Shown: piece by piece, positions 1 through 13,130 of the stretch
Layout of the letters: each line of letters starts with the position of its first letter
Position numbering within the stretch: position 1 is the stretch's first letter
Origin: Camelus dromedarius
Lineage: Eukaryota
Assembly: GCF_036321535.1 (NCBI RefSeq)
Contig: NC_087437.1
Location: 48,734,001-48,798,000, forward strand
DNA: 64,000 bases
Direction: 5' to 3'
Made by a program: the position numbers and the translations under genes
The notes under the pieces: model-generated
What the model was told of the DNA's origin: nothing
Database searches by the model: none
The model's input: only the letters and a program-made list of their open reading frames with translations

Positions 1-357
1 GAAAGAAAAAAATGTAAAGCCCCAAGTACATGGCACCCTGGGGTAACAGTTTCTCACCACTGCCTCTCGAAGTCTAGATTTCTTCTTTAAACTAAGATTT
101 CTGTAACAGTTAAAACCTGTTAAAACTGATTATAATTTAAAAAAAAAATCTGAATTTAAAACATAGTTTTAGATGAAAAAATTGAGACTTTCATTTAGAA
201 GTCATAAATATTTCTGTTTATGAGACCTTCATAGAGTGGTAGTTGTAAATATCTCTGTTTATAGATGAAAAAATAAAAAATATAGAGTGGGTAATGGACT
301 TAACCAAAATTTTGCACTCTGTAAATTTGAGAGTTTTTACTTTCTACAGACATTTAC

Positions 358-376
358 TAGTGCCCTCTGGTGACAA
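358..376 (-). promoter_or_regulatory. CTCF-like binding motif
   Basis: Minus strand reads TTGTCACCAGAGGGCACTA, close to the CTCF core TGGCCACCAGGGGGCGCTA. Motif match only. Confidence 0.45.
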
Positions 377-1411
377 CATGGATAAGAAAAGATACTGTGA
401 CACGGGCCTCACTTACAATGTTTTTCTTTTGAAAATGAAAATTAAGACTATTTCGATAAACATGAAACAGCCTTCACTTTTTCTGCTCTGGTACCACTGA
501 ATAAGTTGATATGATTTTTTTTCATTCTTTTCTATCTCTCATAATTCTGAATATTGAATAATCAGCTTGGAAATGGCGCAGTGATACCATTTCAGCTTTT
601 CGTTTCTTTTTCAGCTTTTCACTTTCTCATTTCATTTATGAGGAGAGGAAAGGACAGGAGGGCATGCGTGTTGCTCATTTTTATCCTTGCTGTCTGCACC
701 GCAGAACGCCCAACTGATCCCAGGCTGCCTCCATCTGAATCAAGTGTCTCTTTGAAAGGGACCCCTGCTCCACACCCTAGAGTCCAAGCTAGATCTTGTC
801 TAACTGCAACTAAAACAGCAACAAGGAAGAAAATGCCTTAGATTCGCCATACATAAGCAGTGTTGAGCAGTCTGAGGGAAACATTATATAAAGGATTCTC
901 ATTTATTTGTATTCCTCTGAATTTTTGTTTTAAGATCCAGAGACCCCAATAAATGGTTAGGAAAGTCAATGAACATTTAAGGGAAAAAAATTCCTTGCCA
1001 GTGTAATTCTGTTGAAAACAACAATTTTATCCATCTACTTCAGTGAGGGAACAAAAATAAGATGGTGGCCTAGAATCTTAAGCAGAGGAAAAATTAAAGA
1101 ACTGTAATGGCCACTCATGAGAGAAACCTCTTTTCAAATGGTACTGGTGTCCTTTTTTCTCTCTGGCAACTAGTAGTATTCCATAAATAACTGGCCTGCT
1201 AGTAAGAGTCACATACTTTCTGTGTGCCAAGTGGGCCTGCCAGTCTGCTTCTGTCTGATTCATCTGCTGAACTTAACTTGTGGTCTGATTTTCCTTAGGA
1301 TTAAAACAGAGTAGAGAGATGGGAGAATACTGGGAACATAAAATAGTTTTTGTTCGTTTCAGCTTTACGTTTGTTTAAAATCTGCCATAGACTTTCTTAT
1401 ACTCAGAGGAT

Positions 1412-1721
1412 CAATGTGTAGTTTCCCAATAGGTTTCCACAGAACATATAGTCCCATGAAATGCTCTATGAAATAAATACACTAAAGATTCTGCAGCCAT
1501 ATAAACTTAGGAAATAGTGCAATTATAGCTCCCTCCTGGAGATTCACAATGCGCAGTAGTAACTTAAAGGTTCAGAGTAGTCACGTGGGAAAGAACATGG
1601 TTTAATTTTTTTAACTCAGTATTATCCAAGTTTATTTGACCAAAGAACATCTTTTTTTTTTTTTTTTCATAAACACTCTTAGCATCAGGCTAGTGTTCAA
1701 AGAGTATACTTTAGCATCCTG
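1412..1721 (+). mobile_element. hAT-Charlie non-autonomous DNA transposon, MER103C-like
   Basis: Contains ggagattcacaatgc...ttaaaggttcagag...ccaagtttatttgacca as in the recalled MER103C consensus; internally palindromic layout. Confidence 0.65.
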
Positions 1722-1829
1722 ACTTAGAGGTTCATAAGCTAGCAGGTTTACCATTTTGATATATGAGTTATTTTTCTTTAAATGTGTGTGTATATAGGTG
1801 TTTGCAAATTTACAGAAATAAATCAAGAC

Positions 1830-2036
1830 CAGTAGTTCTCAACCATAGGTGATCTTGCCTCCTGGGGACATTTGGCGAATGTCTGGAGACATTTTTGGTT
1901 GTTACAATTTGGAGTCGTTATTAGCATTCTTGGTAAAGGCCACGGATGACACTAACCCACCCACAAGGGACAGGATGGCCTACAGTGAAGAATTATCTGG
2001 CCCATGTGCCAATAGTTCCAAGACTGTGAAACTCTG
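1830..2036 (+). mobile_element. MER20 hAT-Charlie MITE
   Basis: cagtagttctcaacc...ggggacatttggcgaatgtctggagacatttttggttg...tgaaactctg. Near-perfect 8-bp TSD atcaagac (1822-1829) / atctagac (2037-2044). Confidence 0.85.
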
Positions 2037-3329
2037 ATCTAGACTGTGGTTAACTCTGAGGAGCGGCATTGGAGGTGGGGATGCGGGACAGTTTCACTTC
2101 TGATTTTGTACAAGCATACTTTAATTATTTTTGTAGTTGAATATATAATTAAGCAAAATTATATATATGTACATTATAGAAAAGTTTAAAAATATATCAA
2201 ATATAAATTTTAAATTACCCAGGCATAACCACTATTTAAATGCTGGTAGATGAGACTAGAAATACTGTAGTATGAATGCACATTCTAGCCTTACACCCAC
2301 CTCAGCTTGTTAGAAATAGAAAAATAATATTAATAAATCCACAATAGCCTAGGATAACAATAAAGGATGGTTATGTTGGTCTAGAAAGCATATAAAAATC
2401 TCTGAAATATGGGAAGCAGAGATTATGAAGGAGAAATCAAGCCCAAAATGAATACATAAAGATGTGCAGAAGCAGCTTGAGGGAAACTTCAAGACAGATG
2501 TAGACTTGAGGAGATGAAAGAAATTTGAATAAAACTAGGTAGTTATTTGGGAGTCCACAGAAAGAGCAGCCAAGTAGGCCTAATGTTTATTACCCTGTTT
2601 CTATTTATCTACTATAGAGTAACAGAGGGCTCCCATCCCAGACAAAAGCAACAAATGTGGGGCCCTTAGTCCAGAGAGGTAGAGGTGCCCAGTGTGGATG
2701 GAACTCTCCAAAGGTATGAAGAGTTCCCATACCTAGAATACTCCAGTCCATCCGCAACCCATGCCACCTCTCGCTTGCAATCACTAGAGTCAGGTTACAG
2801 GCAGGAAAAAAAATTTAAAAGCACAACATTCACAGATGGACCAAGAAAGAATCTAAAATAAGATTCTAAAAATATATACATCATGTATTCAAGAAAAAAC
2901 AGTTCTAGGCCCCACAACGTCAGAAGCAAAAGCAAATCTACTCTGGAGGGATATATCTTCACCCCAGGCAACTGATGAAGTTGCCACTAAGGTAGAGTTT
3001 TAGATTTAATGTAAAAGAGTCGTGATAGGTGCTGTGAAGATATTTTAGGAGTACCTTAACCAATTTATCTTGCTTACATTTTTTCTAAGTATATACAAGA
3101 TTCCATCTAATAAAAACCTATCTTTAAATAAAACAGAAAGGTATTTCACCTTGGGCCAGCACCACTCCCATTACAATCTTGTCCCTGACCTTTACACTCC
3201 CTCAAGAGGTAAACACTTTCCTTCCTTTCGAGATAACAAATTCCTTGCTTTGTTTTTTTTTTGTTTTTTCACAGTTTTACCAATGGGAGTGGTGCTGGCA
3301 TGTATCTTTTCTATCTGACTATTTTGTTA

Positions 3330-4240
3330 AGATCTGCTGTTTTTGTTTGGGGTTAGTAATAGACTACAATATATCTTGGTGTGAATATCTTTTTATTTAT
3401 TTTGCTTAAGATTCTTAGACTTTCTATTGAGAAAGGAAGGAAGGGTGTAGGGCACAGCCAGTAAGGGAATGACACAGCAATTAGCACCAAGATGGCAGGA
3501 GATTTGACTTCCTGTAGACATTGAGCTTCATTATATGCTCCTTGTAACATATTAGCACGGTAAATGGCATACCCACAGGTGCCATAACAGTTCTGAGGCT
3601 AACCAGAAAAGGTCAGAAAGTGGGCAGTGGCCCAATTCCTGGGAATCTCAGCCCCTTCCCCAAAGTAGTTGAAATCCTCCCACTTGTTAGCATATGAAAT
3701 AACTGAGCTCATAAAAACTAACAACCCCCACACCTCGTGGCCACTCTACCTTCTGAGTGAGATGGACCACACTCTGTCTATGGAGTGTGTATCTACTTTT
3801 ACTTTAAACAAAACACCCACACCTCGTGGCCTCTCTGGACTTTTGAGATGACCTACATTTGGTCTATGGAGTGTGTATCTCTCTGAATAAATCTTACTTT
3901 TACTCTACTATGGCTAGCTCTTGAATTCTTTTCCTGCTCAAAGCCAAAGATGCTCACTTGATGGGGCGCATCCCAGGGACTTGCCTGGGACCTGGGACAT
4001 GGCCATCCTCTCACACCCCATTTTTCCTGTATCACTATATCTGAGGGGCATATCTTTCATCAGTTTCAAATTACTCTCAGCCATTACCTCTTCTCATATT
4101 TCTTTTCCCTCCTTCTCTCTATTCTCTCCAGGGATTCTGACTAGATACATAGCAGACCATATGTTTGCCTTGAAACATTTTATATTTTCTACATACTTGC
4201 CTTTTGATGCTGCATTCTGTGTAACTTCTTCATATTTCTT
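3330..4240 (-). mobile_element. Old L1/HAL1 ORF1-region fragment interrupted by a solo LTR
   Basis: Antisense L1-ORF1-like text (atatcttggtgtg...gattcttagactttctat | atctgagggg...tctttcatcagttt...tctcagccatta) rejoins across the LTR. Confidence 0.55.
3428..4034 (+). mobile_element. ERV1-class solo LTR, MER41-like
   Basis: TG...CA termini; 4-bp TSD ctat (3424-3427 / 4035-4038); AATAAA near 3886; MER41-like motifs cccacttgttagcatat, gtctatggagt and gaattcttttcctgc. Confidence 0.85.
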
Positions 4241-4249
4241 CGTCATATT

Positions 4250-5112
4250 TTGGAACCATCATAGTAATGATTTGTTTGGGCAAGTATCATCATTGTATGC
4301 TAAATCTAAGGGGGAAAGTTTGATAAAGAGCAGGATATTTTAATGATCTTAAAAGGGTCTCCCTCCCAAACTGTTTATTAGTTGCAAGAGGGAAAGCAAT
4401 AACTGGATGTGGATAAACTAGAAAACACCTTTAGTGCATAATCAAAATTAACATCACCAATAAGAGGAAGTTAACATTGCATACCTCCAGTTGTGATATC
4501 CTGAGAGAAACACAATATCACATATGTCGCATTCTAGCCAGGGATACATAATCCAAATCAAACCGTGAAGAAACAGCCAACTTTTCTCATGAAGGGTTCC
4601 ACGATAAAACTAAGCCTTAATGACTTCAGTTACTATTTTCTCTATTCTCTATTCTAGATACATAGGAGAGAATTTAATTAACTTTATACAGTGGATGCCC
4701 CAAGGCTTAATTCTCTCAAGGAACCCCAATTAAGAAGGAATGCCTCAGAAAATTCCAAATTGAGACATTCTGTTGTAAATAACTAGCCCATATTCTTCAA
4801 AAATGTTAATGCCAAAAAAGACAAAGAAAGACTGAGGAACTGTTTCAGATTCAAGGAGATTTGACAACTAAATTAATATGTGATCTCGACTGAATTCTGT
4901 CCTAGAGGGAAAAAAAATGTTGTAAAAGACAATATTGGGATAATTGGGATATAGGATGTAGATTAAAGTACTTTATTGATGTTAAATTCCCTGAATCTGA
5001 TAGCTGTGCTGTTGTTATATAAGCAGGATATCATTGTTCACAGGAAATAAGCGTTAAAGTATTATGGGGGTAAAGGAGTATAGTGCATGCCATCTACTCT
5101 CAATTAGTTCAG
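4250..5112 (+). mobile_element. Old L1 (L1MC/L1MD-type) 3' UTR fragment
   Basis: Motifs atcaaaattaacatcaccaataag, ttcttcaaaaatgttaatgcc, aaagaaagactgaggaactgtt, tactctcaattagttcagaaaa. Confidence 0.7.
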
Positions 5113-5189
5113 AAAATAATTATACACACTCACACAAAACCAGCTATTTTTAAAAAAATAAGTACCGTATTGATGTTCAACCTCCCTGC

Positions 5190-7510
5190 TTATCTTAGAA
5201 ATGCAAATTAAAACAAGATATCACTCTATACCCTTAAAATGACAAATATTAGGCAATCAGATAATAACAAATGTTGGTAAGGATGTGGGGAAATGGTAAC
5301 CTGCAAGGACTACTAGTGAAAGAACAGACTAGCACAGAAATCCTGGAGAGCAATTTGAGAATACTAACCAACTCACACTCAGATCCATTAAAAAAATTCA
5401 AATATATCAACAATCCCAACTGATCTAAAAGGACTAAAATTCTCCAGTTAAAATACAAAAATTGTCAGAGTGGATATAACGACACAAAATCTATCCATAT
5501 GCTGTTTAGAGAAGACAGGCATGAAACATAAGGAAAACAATGCTCATAGTTCTTTTTTTTTTTTTTTTTACAATGGAAAAAAAATCAGGAAACAGCTCAA
5601 ATGTCCACAATTAAGTGAAAAATAAACTGTAATTTAAAAAACATGATAAATTAATATCTGTAATACTTTACAACAATGAAGATGAATTAATTCTAGATAT
5701 ATACATTGATACATAAGAATATAGAAAAACTCAAGGAGAAGGCAAATCAGAAGAGTGCAAAAAGTCATACTACATTTATATAAAGTTCAAAAACAGGCAA
5801 AACTAAAAAATGATTATTGTTTATTATACATACATGTGTAATAACTTTGAAAAATGTAGTAATGGTGAACACAAAATCCAACATAATTGTTAGCTTTGGG
5901 GAAGAGAAGATGGCACAGAATTAGGGCCACATATAGGCCAATAAGAAAATCTCAAAAAAGACAGACAGCATACAGAATAAACTCATTTACCACATGCAAT
6001 AAAATTAGAAATTATCATAATAATAGCCAAATGTATTTATGTCTTTTTGAAAATTATAAAATCCCATTTTAATAACTCTTGGATTAAAGAAAAAATCAAA
6101 GGAGCAATTGGAAACTATTCTGATATGAAAAGTAACAGCACCGTATATCAAATGGTGACCCCAAAAGATGTCCCTGTCTTCACATAACTACATCAAACTT
6201 TTGAATAATTTGTCCATTAAATTGATATCCATCAAGTGACTAATAATCTCAATAAGTAGAAAATTTATCTTAGAATCAACATCATTCATTGCTTTTAAAC
6301 ACTTTTATTATTTGATTGCTGCTCTCTATATTTTCTTATTGCTCTTCTCTAATTTTATTTTGTTTATAACAAACGGTGAATGGTATGGGGATATTCAGTG
6401 CCCTGTTCCTTAAAATATTCTACAGATTTTAAATTTTAAAAAAGAAAAGAGATAATATTAAGTAAATGTATTAAATAAAATGTAGAAGTGTATGGCCCTG
6501 TGGGTATGATCTGAAATTCCACATAATTATAGATTAAAATATAATTTTCTCAGATTTTAAGAAAAGTTACATGTAGTATGTAGACATATATATGCATATT
6601 ATATGTAGGCATGGAGAAAGGAAGGCCTTCTTAATTAAATAATACATGAATTGCAAAACTTTAGGAAAAATGTTTGTAACTGCTGAAAATATGATGACAT
6701 CAATATGAAAATCTTCTATAGGATGAAAAGCAACCTGAAGTTGAAAGGTAGGTCACAAATTTCAACCCAAATACAATACAATACGGGGAAAACGTAGCAA
6801 GAAATACCCAAGATCTATATGAGGAAAACTTTCAAATATCATTGTAGAAAATAACAGGAGGCGTGAATAAGTATATTGGCATACCATGTTCTTGTATATG
6901 AGCACTAAACCCCAAACTAATCTTTAAATAAATTGTAATTCCAGTAAAGAATCAACAGGGTTTTTTTTTGTTTGTTTTTTTTTTAACAAAATAAGCTACA
7001 ACTCATTGAGAAAATAAGGCAGTAAAAATTGGTGGGAATTTTTTGGGGGAAAAAAAAACGAGCAAGACTGGCACTATGAGATATTTCAGTATAAAAATAA
7101 CAAATCTATTGCACTTGCATATGAATAGACAGACAGCTCAGTAGAACAGAAAAGGAAGTCCAGAAATAAATCCAAAAGCTTAAAGAAAATTGGTATGTGA
7201 TAAAAGTGGCATTTAATTATAAATGATTTAAAATGAGCAAGTGGATCACTTGAGTACCAACTTAGGGAGATAGGGGCATGGTTGTTTGGGAGGGAAGTAA
7301 ATTTTAATTTACTCTTTATATCTTACTCTAAAATAGATTTGAGAAAAATCAAAGATTTAAATGTGAAAAATGAAACAATGAATAATTGTAAGAAACCACA
7401 GGAAATACTTTCTATAATTGCAGAATAAGGAAGTCCTTTTATATTTTATAATACATAGAAGCCATCAAAGAAAAATTCATGTTTGACTATGAGAAAATTT
7501 ATTTATGGAG
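5190..7510 (+). mobile_element. Patchwork of ancient L1 (L1ME-type) ORF2/3' fragments
   Basis: gaaatgcaaattaaaac, aaatgttggtaaggatgtgg, endonuclease-start text tccatatgctgtttagagaagac, gtccagaaataaatcca, aaagatttaaatgtgaaaaatgaaac. Highly degraded and out of order. Confidence 0.6.
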
Positions 7511-8879
7511 AAAAAAAGCACAAGTAAAGAATTTTTGTGTGGTAATATTGAGGTCTTATATGATGTTATCATCAGTGGAGTTATGGGCAAAATCTTCCTA
7601 AAAGCCAGATGCAAAGGAAGTAAACTAGACACTCCTAAAGAGTTCATAGTTTCATTGCCACTTGGATCTGAATGTGTTTAGCCCAAATTGTTCCCACACA
7701 GCTACCGAGAGGTGTCACGCCACACATCTAGTTTATTTATCCTTTACTGCTGAGTATGAATATGTTTATCAGATCCTGTCCAAAAAGTACATTTTGATGA
7801 GAAGGAACAGAAAGTATCTGCAGGCCCAGAAACCCTGGGGAGATACCACAAGCAAGAGAAAAGGGAGCAAAATGGGGAGGGAGGCAGAAGATACTCTAGA
7901 CAAAGAAGACTTATTCACAGCTGGGCCTGAAACAGGTTCTGGATATGTTGCTAGATTCAGAACTATCTAGTGGAGTACCACTTGTGCTAGAATGAGCTCT
8001 GACAAAGTCCCTCACTATCCATTTCCAACTGAATTTGGATTCTCTGCACTGCTTGGCTGAGATCTGCTTCCTTTGCTTCACTTTTACTCTAGATGGCAGC
8101 AGCAGAACAAAATAGAGGAGAAAAAAAAATATCTATTTTCAGTGAAATGAATGTAGTCTACTAGGTAAAAATAAAAGGTCTCAGAATGTTATTTGAAAGA
8201 AAATATGCCCTTTCATTTTTTTCTTCCAGTTTAGAAATATATCAACAATATGTCAGTAGTTAAAAGTCAAGGTACAGATGTATTCACAATTGTTCAACTT
8301 GTAAGGTGACAGATAATGTATTTATAGAGATTTTTTATTATGATAACAATACCTCTGTGAAGACTCACAGCTTATATACATAAGTTTACATTTGGAAGCT
8401 GAGATGTCAAGGTCAAATGTCAAATATGCTTTTAAAATTAAAGGAACTTTATCCAATAAAAGGCCAAATGGACAATAGAGAGAAGTTCTCCAGCTGAAAA
8501 AAACTTTACTGTTTCTCTAATAAATTTATGTTTTTAAAGTTGTATCAAATAAGCATACATACATGAAGCTGACTTTTATATATATATTAAAATTACAAAT
8601 AGTTTATAAATATTATAAATGATTTTATCATAAAATAAAATGTTCTACCATCACTCCCTAAGCTAAGAGGATTTATGATCCCAGAACATGATTTGCAGAT
8701 GAGATTGCAAAAACACTGGAAACATTATTAAAATTTAAAAAAAAGACCTAAAGAAAATCCAGGAAAATATAAGAAAGATGAAAGTTGTAATAATTTTCAA
8801 AAAGGAATTTCAAGAAAAACATTATCTTGGTTGACGTTATATTCTCACACACTAGGCTGGATACAGCGGATTCCCAAGG

Positions 8880-9064
8880 GATTGGAAAATACAATTGTCC
8901 AGGTTTTGTGCCTCATGGCTCTAGAGGATGCAATTCACAGCTCTGTAGCCACAGGTTTATGTATTGGTTTGATTAACTTTCCTGCAGTGTATTAAAGTAT
9001 CTTGGAGAAGGGTCATTTTTTTCCTAATTTACACAAAAGTGTCCTTTGGACCACCAGTGACCTG
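8880..9064. mobile_element. MER91B-like hAT-Tip100 remnant
   Basis: ttgtccaggttttgtgc...tctagaggatgcaattcac...ctaatttacacaaaagtgtcc...gtgacctg resembles recalled MER91B. Confidence 0.45.
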
Positions 9065-9689
9065 TTATCATGACTCAGAAGGGCGTCATTAAGTTAAAGC
9101 TCTACCAACTAACACTTTCTTTTTGTTCTAAAATTATTAGCTTGATAAATCAGAATTAATTAATCAATATCTTTAGATTACCATTGTTCAATCATCTTTT
9201 AACTAGATCAATGGAGAGGCAGCACAGAATTGTGTCAAGGACTCAGGCTATGATGCAGAGGTTTTAGTTGGATTTGTAGCTCTGTCATTTACTCAAAGGT
9301 CCTGCTGGTGTTTGGGTGAATTGGAAAGTAGTCTAGCACCATGTAATCAGAAATTTTATTTTTTAAATTTCTTTTGATTTAATCATTGCATTCAAAAAAT
9401 CTGCATGAGAGAAAAATCATGAAGGGAGACAAAGCTTTCTGCACAAAGAAGTTTATCATTACGTGATTTCCAGTAGTGAACAAACTGGAAACTATCTACA
9501 ACAGAGGAATGGTTAAGCAAATTGTAGTTAATACTGAGATTCAGTATTTGAATAAATATTTATCAAGGGTTTACTAATTTGCCATGTATTCTGCTAGGAG
9601 ATTCAGCACTGAACGTGACAGATAGGGAACTTGACTTTCCTATAATAATAATTTAATGTCAAATTTTAAAAAATCAAGAAGAAAACCTT

Positions 9690-10172
9690 TGCGAACGAAG
9701 AATACTGCAAACCATATCAGTAAACAAAGAACGCTGAAATGATCAAGTCATCAGCCACTGCCGCCACCCCCCAGTGAAGACAAGCCTGCAGCCCAACCTC
9801 TGCAGCCACTCACAATGGTGCACCCTGAGGGGACTCAGAATAAGAAAGGACAGGATACTGGCCCTAGATAGCTAGGTGCTTGTCAAAGGAATGAATTCAA
9901 TGAGCCCAAATGTTTACTTCCTCCCATATATAGAAAAGCACTAAATTCTTTAACTTGAGATGCCTGGTTTTCTTTAGTTAACAAGTAATATTTTAATGTT
10001 CCAACTACCTGGTCTTTGTTGTAAAGCTCCTATATATATATCCTAGCTCCTCCTCTACCTCTTCGGAGCAGTCCCTCAGAGCAATCTGAGAGGCTGTCAT
10101 CCTGGCTCCAGTCCTCCCGCCAAATAAAACATAACTCTCAACTTTAAGGCTGTGCATTTATTTCAGTCGACA
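9690..10172 (+). mobile_element. ERV1-class solo LTR (483 bp)
   Basis: tgcgaacgaa...ttcagtcgaca termini; 4-bp TSD cctt (9686-9689 / 10173-10176); TATA-like run near 10031 and AATAAA near 10123. Confidence 0.85.
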
Positions 10173-12807
10173 CCTTTAAAATAATATCATACTTTACAAT
10201 GCTATAAAACCCTTATTATACTATCCACTATCTAATTTATATACATATATACATAGAGAAAGATATTAGGAGAAAATACATGAAAATGTTAATCATTGTT
10301 ATCCCCAAGTGAGGGTAACAGAATAATTTTTCAACAATTTTCTACAATGAGTATATTAGTATTAAATTTTTTTTAATGATACAAAATGGCATTGTATCAA
10401 ATGTGGGCTACCATAAAAAGAATCATACCTAATCCTGTACTCAAAAGCCAGAATCACTTCATAGTAAGGAAAGTTCCTAAGTATATAAAGACAAAATACA
10501 CTGTCCTTTTTTGGTGTGTTTTAATTTCTATTGCAGTCTTTTGCAAAGCCTGCTTCCTCCTGTGTTGGAAAGGACTATTCTGATGGAGAAGAAATGCTAG
10601 AAGCACATTTCACCCAGATGACACAAGGGGGTGCACAGGCCCTGTTTCCAAATGCTTCCCTTTGTCTTGCAGGAAATGAAGGAAAAAAAAAGAAAAAAAC
10701 AAAAAAAACAAAAAACCAGACATTTGATTTGGTGACCAGTTAAATGCTTAAATAGACTTATTTATACAGCCTACAACAGGCTTCTAACCTGAGAGCTCTT
10801 TGAGGGCATGGTCCTCTGTACAAGCCACCTCTACTTCTCCACTTTTATTTTGTAAGAAAAAATATTGCAGGAGAATAAGCAGCCTTTTAAAGCACAATTC
10901 ATAAAACTGGAGACAGTCTAAATGGCCAAGAACAAGGGTTGTTAAAAGAATTATGGTAATCATAAACAAATTAGAAAGTAATCATTAAAAATGCTGACAT
11001 GGAAGCATTAAAAAGCAATTTAAAAAAAGCAATTTATACAATAAAAGATACAATATGGTCTAATCTTTTATTTAAATGTATCATATACATACATAGAAAA
11101 TTCTTGAAGGGTACATATCAAAATATTAATAGTTATTATCCTTAAGAGATGAGTGGCAGGTTTTTTTAATTGCCTTCTTCCTGCATGTTTACTTTTTATA
11201 ACTTTTGTCTATAATAAATAAAGATTTGTTTTTAAAAAACAAGAGTAAATGAGTACTCCCAAATAAAAATAAATATCTGTCCTTATGACCTTTGTTAATT
11301 AAATATATATGTAAATCACTGCACATTACTGAGAGCATGGTGACAATACCACTGTATTTGCTGAAGACAGCTCCACTTTATGTCTTGTTTTGGTAAACTA
11401 TTAATAGTGCCCCATCACTCTCAAAAGTTTGAATAAATCACCCTACAGGTATATTTTTAAATTTTTCCCAGGAAGTTTTTAGATTACCTTGCAAATCTTC
11501 CCCTTCTGTCAGCAGGCTGCTTCCAATTCAAAAGATCCTAATCCTTGTCTCTATCAATGTGCTACAATGCAAGGCTACCCTAGGAATACTGAGATTCCCC
11601 AGGCTGCATTAGGGTTAATGGGGGGCAAGGGTACACTCCAAAACCCATCTGGATCACAGTCAAGTTCATCATTATGTGATTTACAACAGTGAACAAACTG
11701 GAAATGATTTATAACAGAGGAATTATTGAGCAAATTGTTGGACATACTAAGATTCAGTAATCAAATATTTATCAAGGGTTTACTAATATGCCATGTATCC
11801 TGCTATGAGAAAGTCTTTTTGACACCTAGCTTGACCCCTTTGCTGAGGTGCCCTCAAGGCTGACTTATGCATCAAGCACCAGGAACTCTCCATGAGACAG
11901 CAACATGACACCCTCCCATCACACACCCTCTAACAAGTCTTTTGGGACAGAATCCTGGCACTACTAGGATACACTACTATACTTGTAAAACCAACTACCC
12001 TACTGCCTTGTTGAAAATTCCACCGGTTAGATGTAACCAACACCACTCTAATGAACAAGTAAAATGGAAAATGTTCTAAATTAATCTCAGGGTATCTCCT
12101 GGGATTTAGAGCACAGGGCCCAGTTGAGCTCCACACAGGACCAGAGTCAGACTGGAAAGCACAGGCAACTAATTCTTTCTCTCTTCTTTTCTTTTTTCTT
12201 CTATCCCTCTTTCTCTTTCACTCTATCCCATTGCATGTTTCTGCTTCTTGGTGCACATCTGTATTGTTCTTCTTACTCTGCAGAAGTGCTTATTCTGCTA
12301 CTCCACACACAAAGCTAAAGACGGCCACCCTGAGTGTCCCTACATGTCCCCATGTGTCCCTACAATGAATGGATTGGTTTCTCCTGAGTTAGGTATCTAC
12401 TCTGGCTCAGTCACAGCCAGGAAGGGGTGAAAATGGCCCATCCATTTGGATTAGGGAAGAGGAATGCAGTCTGGGTAGACAAGTCCACAAGAATCTGCTA
12501 GCTTTCCCTCCTTCAGAGAACTTGGTAAGCTTCTCCTATTCGATGACATACTCTGACTAAACAGGTAGAAAAGAAGGAGCTCAGTAACTCAAATCCACAC
12601 ACAGGTATTGTGATGAAACTTCCCACGACACCTTCAACCATAGTTTTCCTCATGCTTGTTTCATATTTTCTTAATTGTATTGCCAACTTCCAAGGAAGTA
12701 GGAACATAGTCCTCACCTACTTTCTTCCATATCTTAAATCCTAAAATAAAGAGTCATGAGGAAGTCACACACACCCATCTGAAGAGCAAAATCTATCCTT
12801 TTGCTTC

Positions 12808-13130
12808 TTCATCCATTCATTCATGTAACATTTATTGCATTGCTACCTTGTCAGGGCTTGTGCTCAGTGCTGTGGGAAGCGATAAGACACAGTCCTTATT
12901 CACAGGCATTCACAATGTACTGAGAGAGTCAAAGAGATAAAGAATAATTATGTTACAATGTGATATGACTTACAACAGAAGTGTGTACACAGTGTGCTGA
13001 GTGCAAAGAGAAAGGGTCTAAATCATCCTTGGGGAAATCAAGAAAGGTGTCAGAAAGATTATACTCCACTTGGGTGCTGAAAGAATAGGACTTTTCCTAG
13101 TGGAGATGGAAGGGAAGATTCCAAACTAAA
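12808..13130 (-). mobile_element. L2 LINE 3' fragment
   Basis: tcatccattcattcat...catttattg...agggcttgtgctcagtgctg...agacacagtcctt, typical antisense L2 3' end. Confidence 0.7.

Noticed and set aside
7662..7970. 102-aa ORF in unique sequence
   Set aside because: Non-ATG start, no splice framework and no recognisable similarity; within chance expectation.
10531..10743. Acceptor-like ttgcag followed by a 70-aa ORF
   Set aside because: No convincing donor, no recognisable protein, and the frame runs into an A-rich tract.
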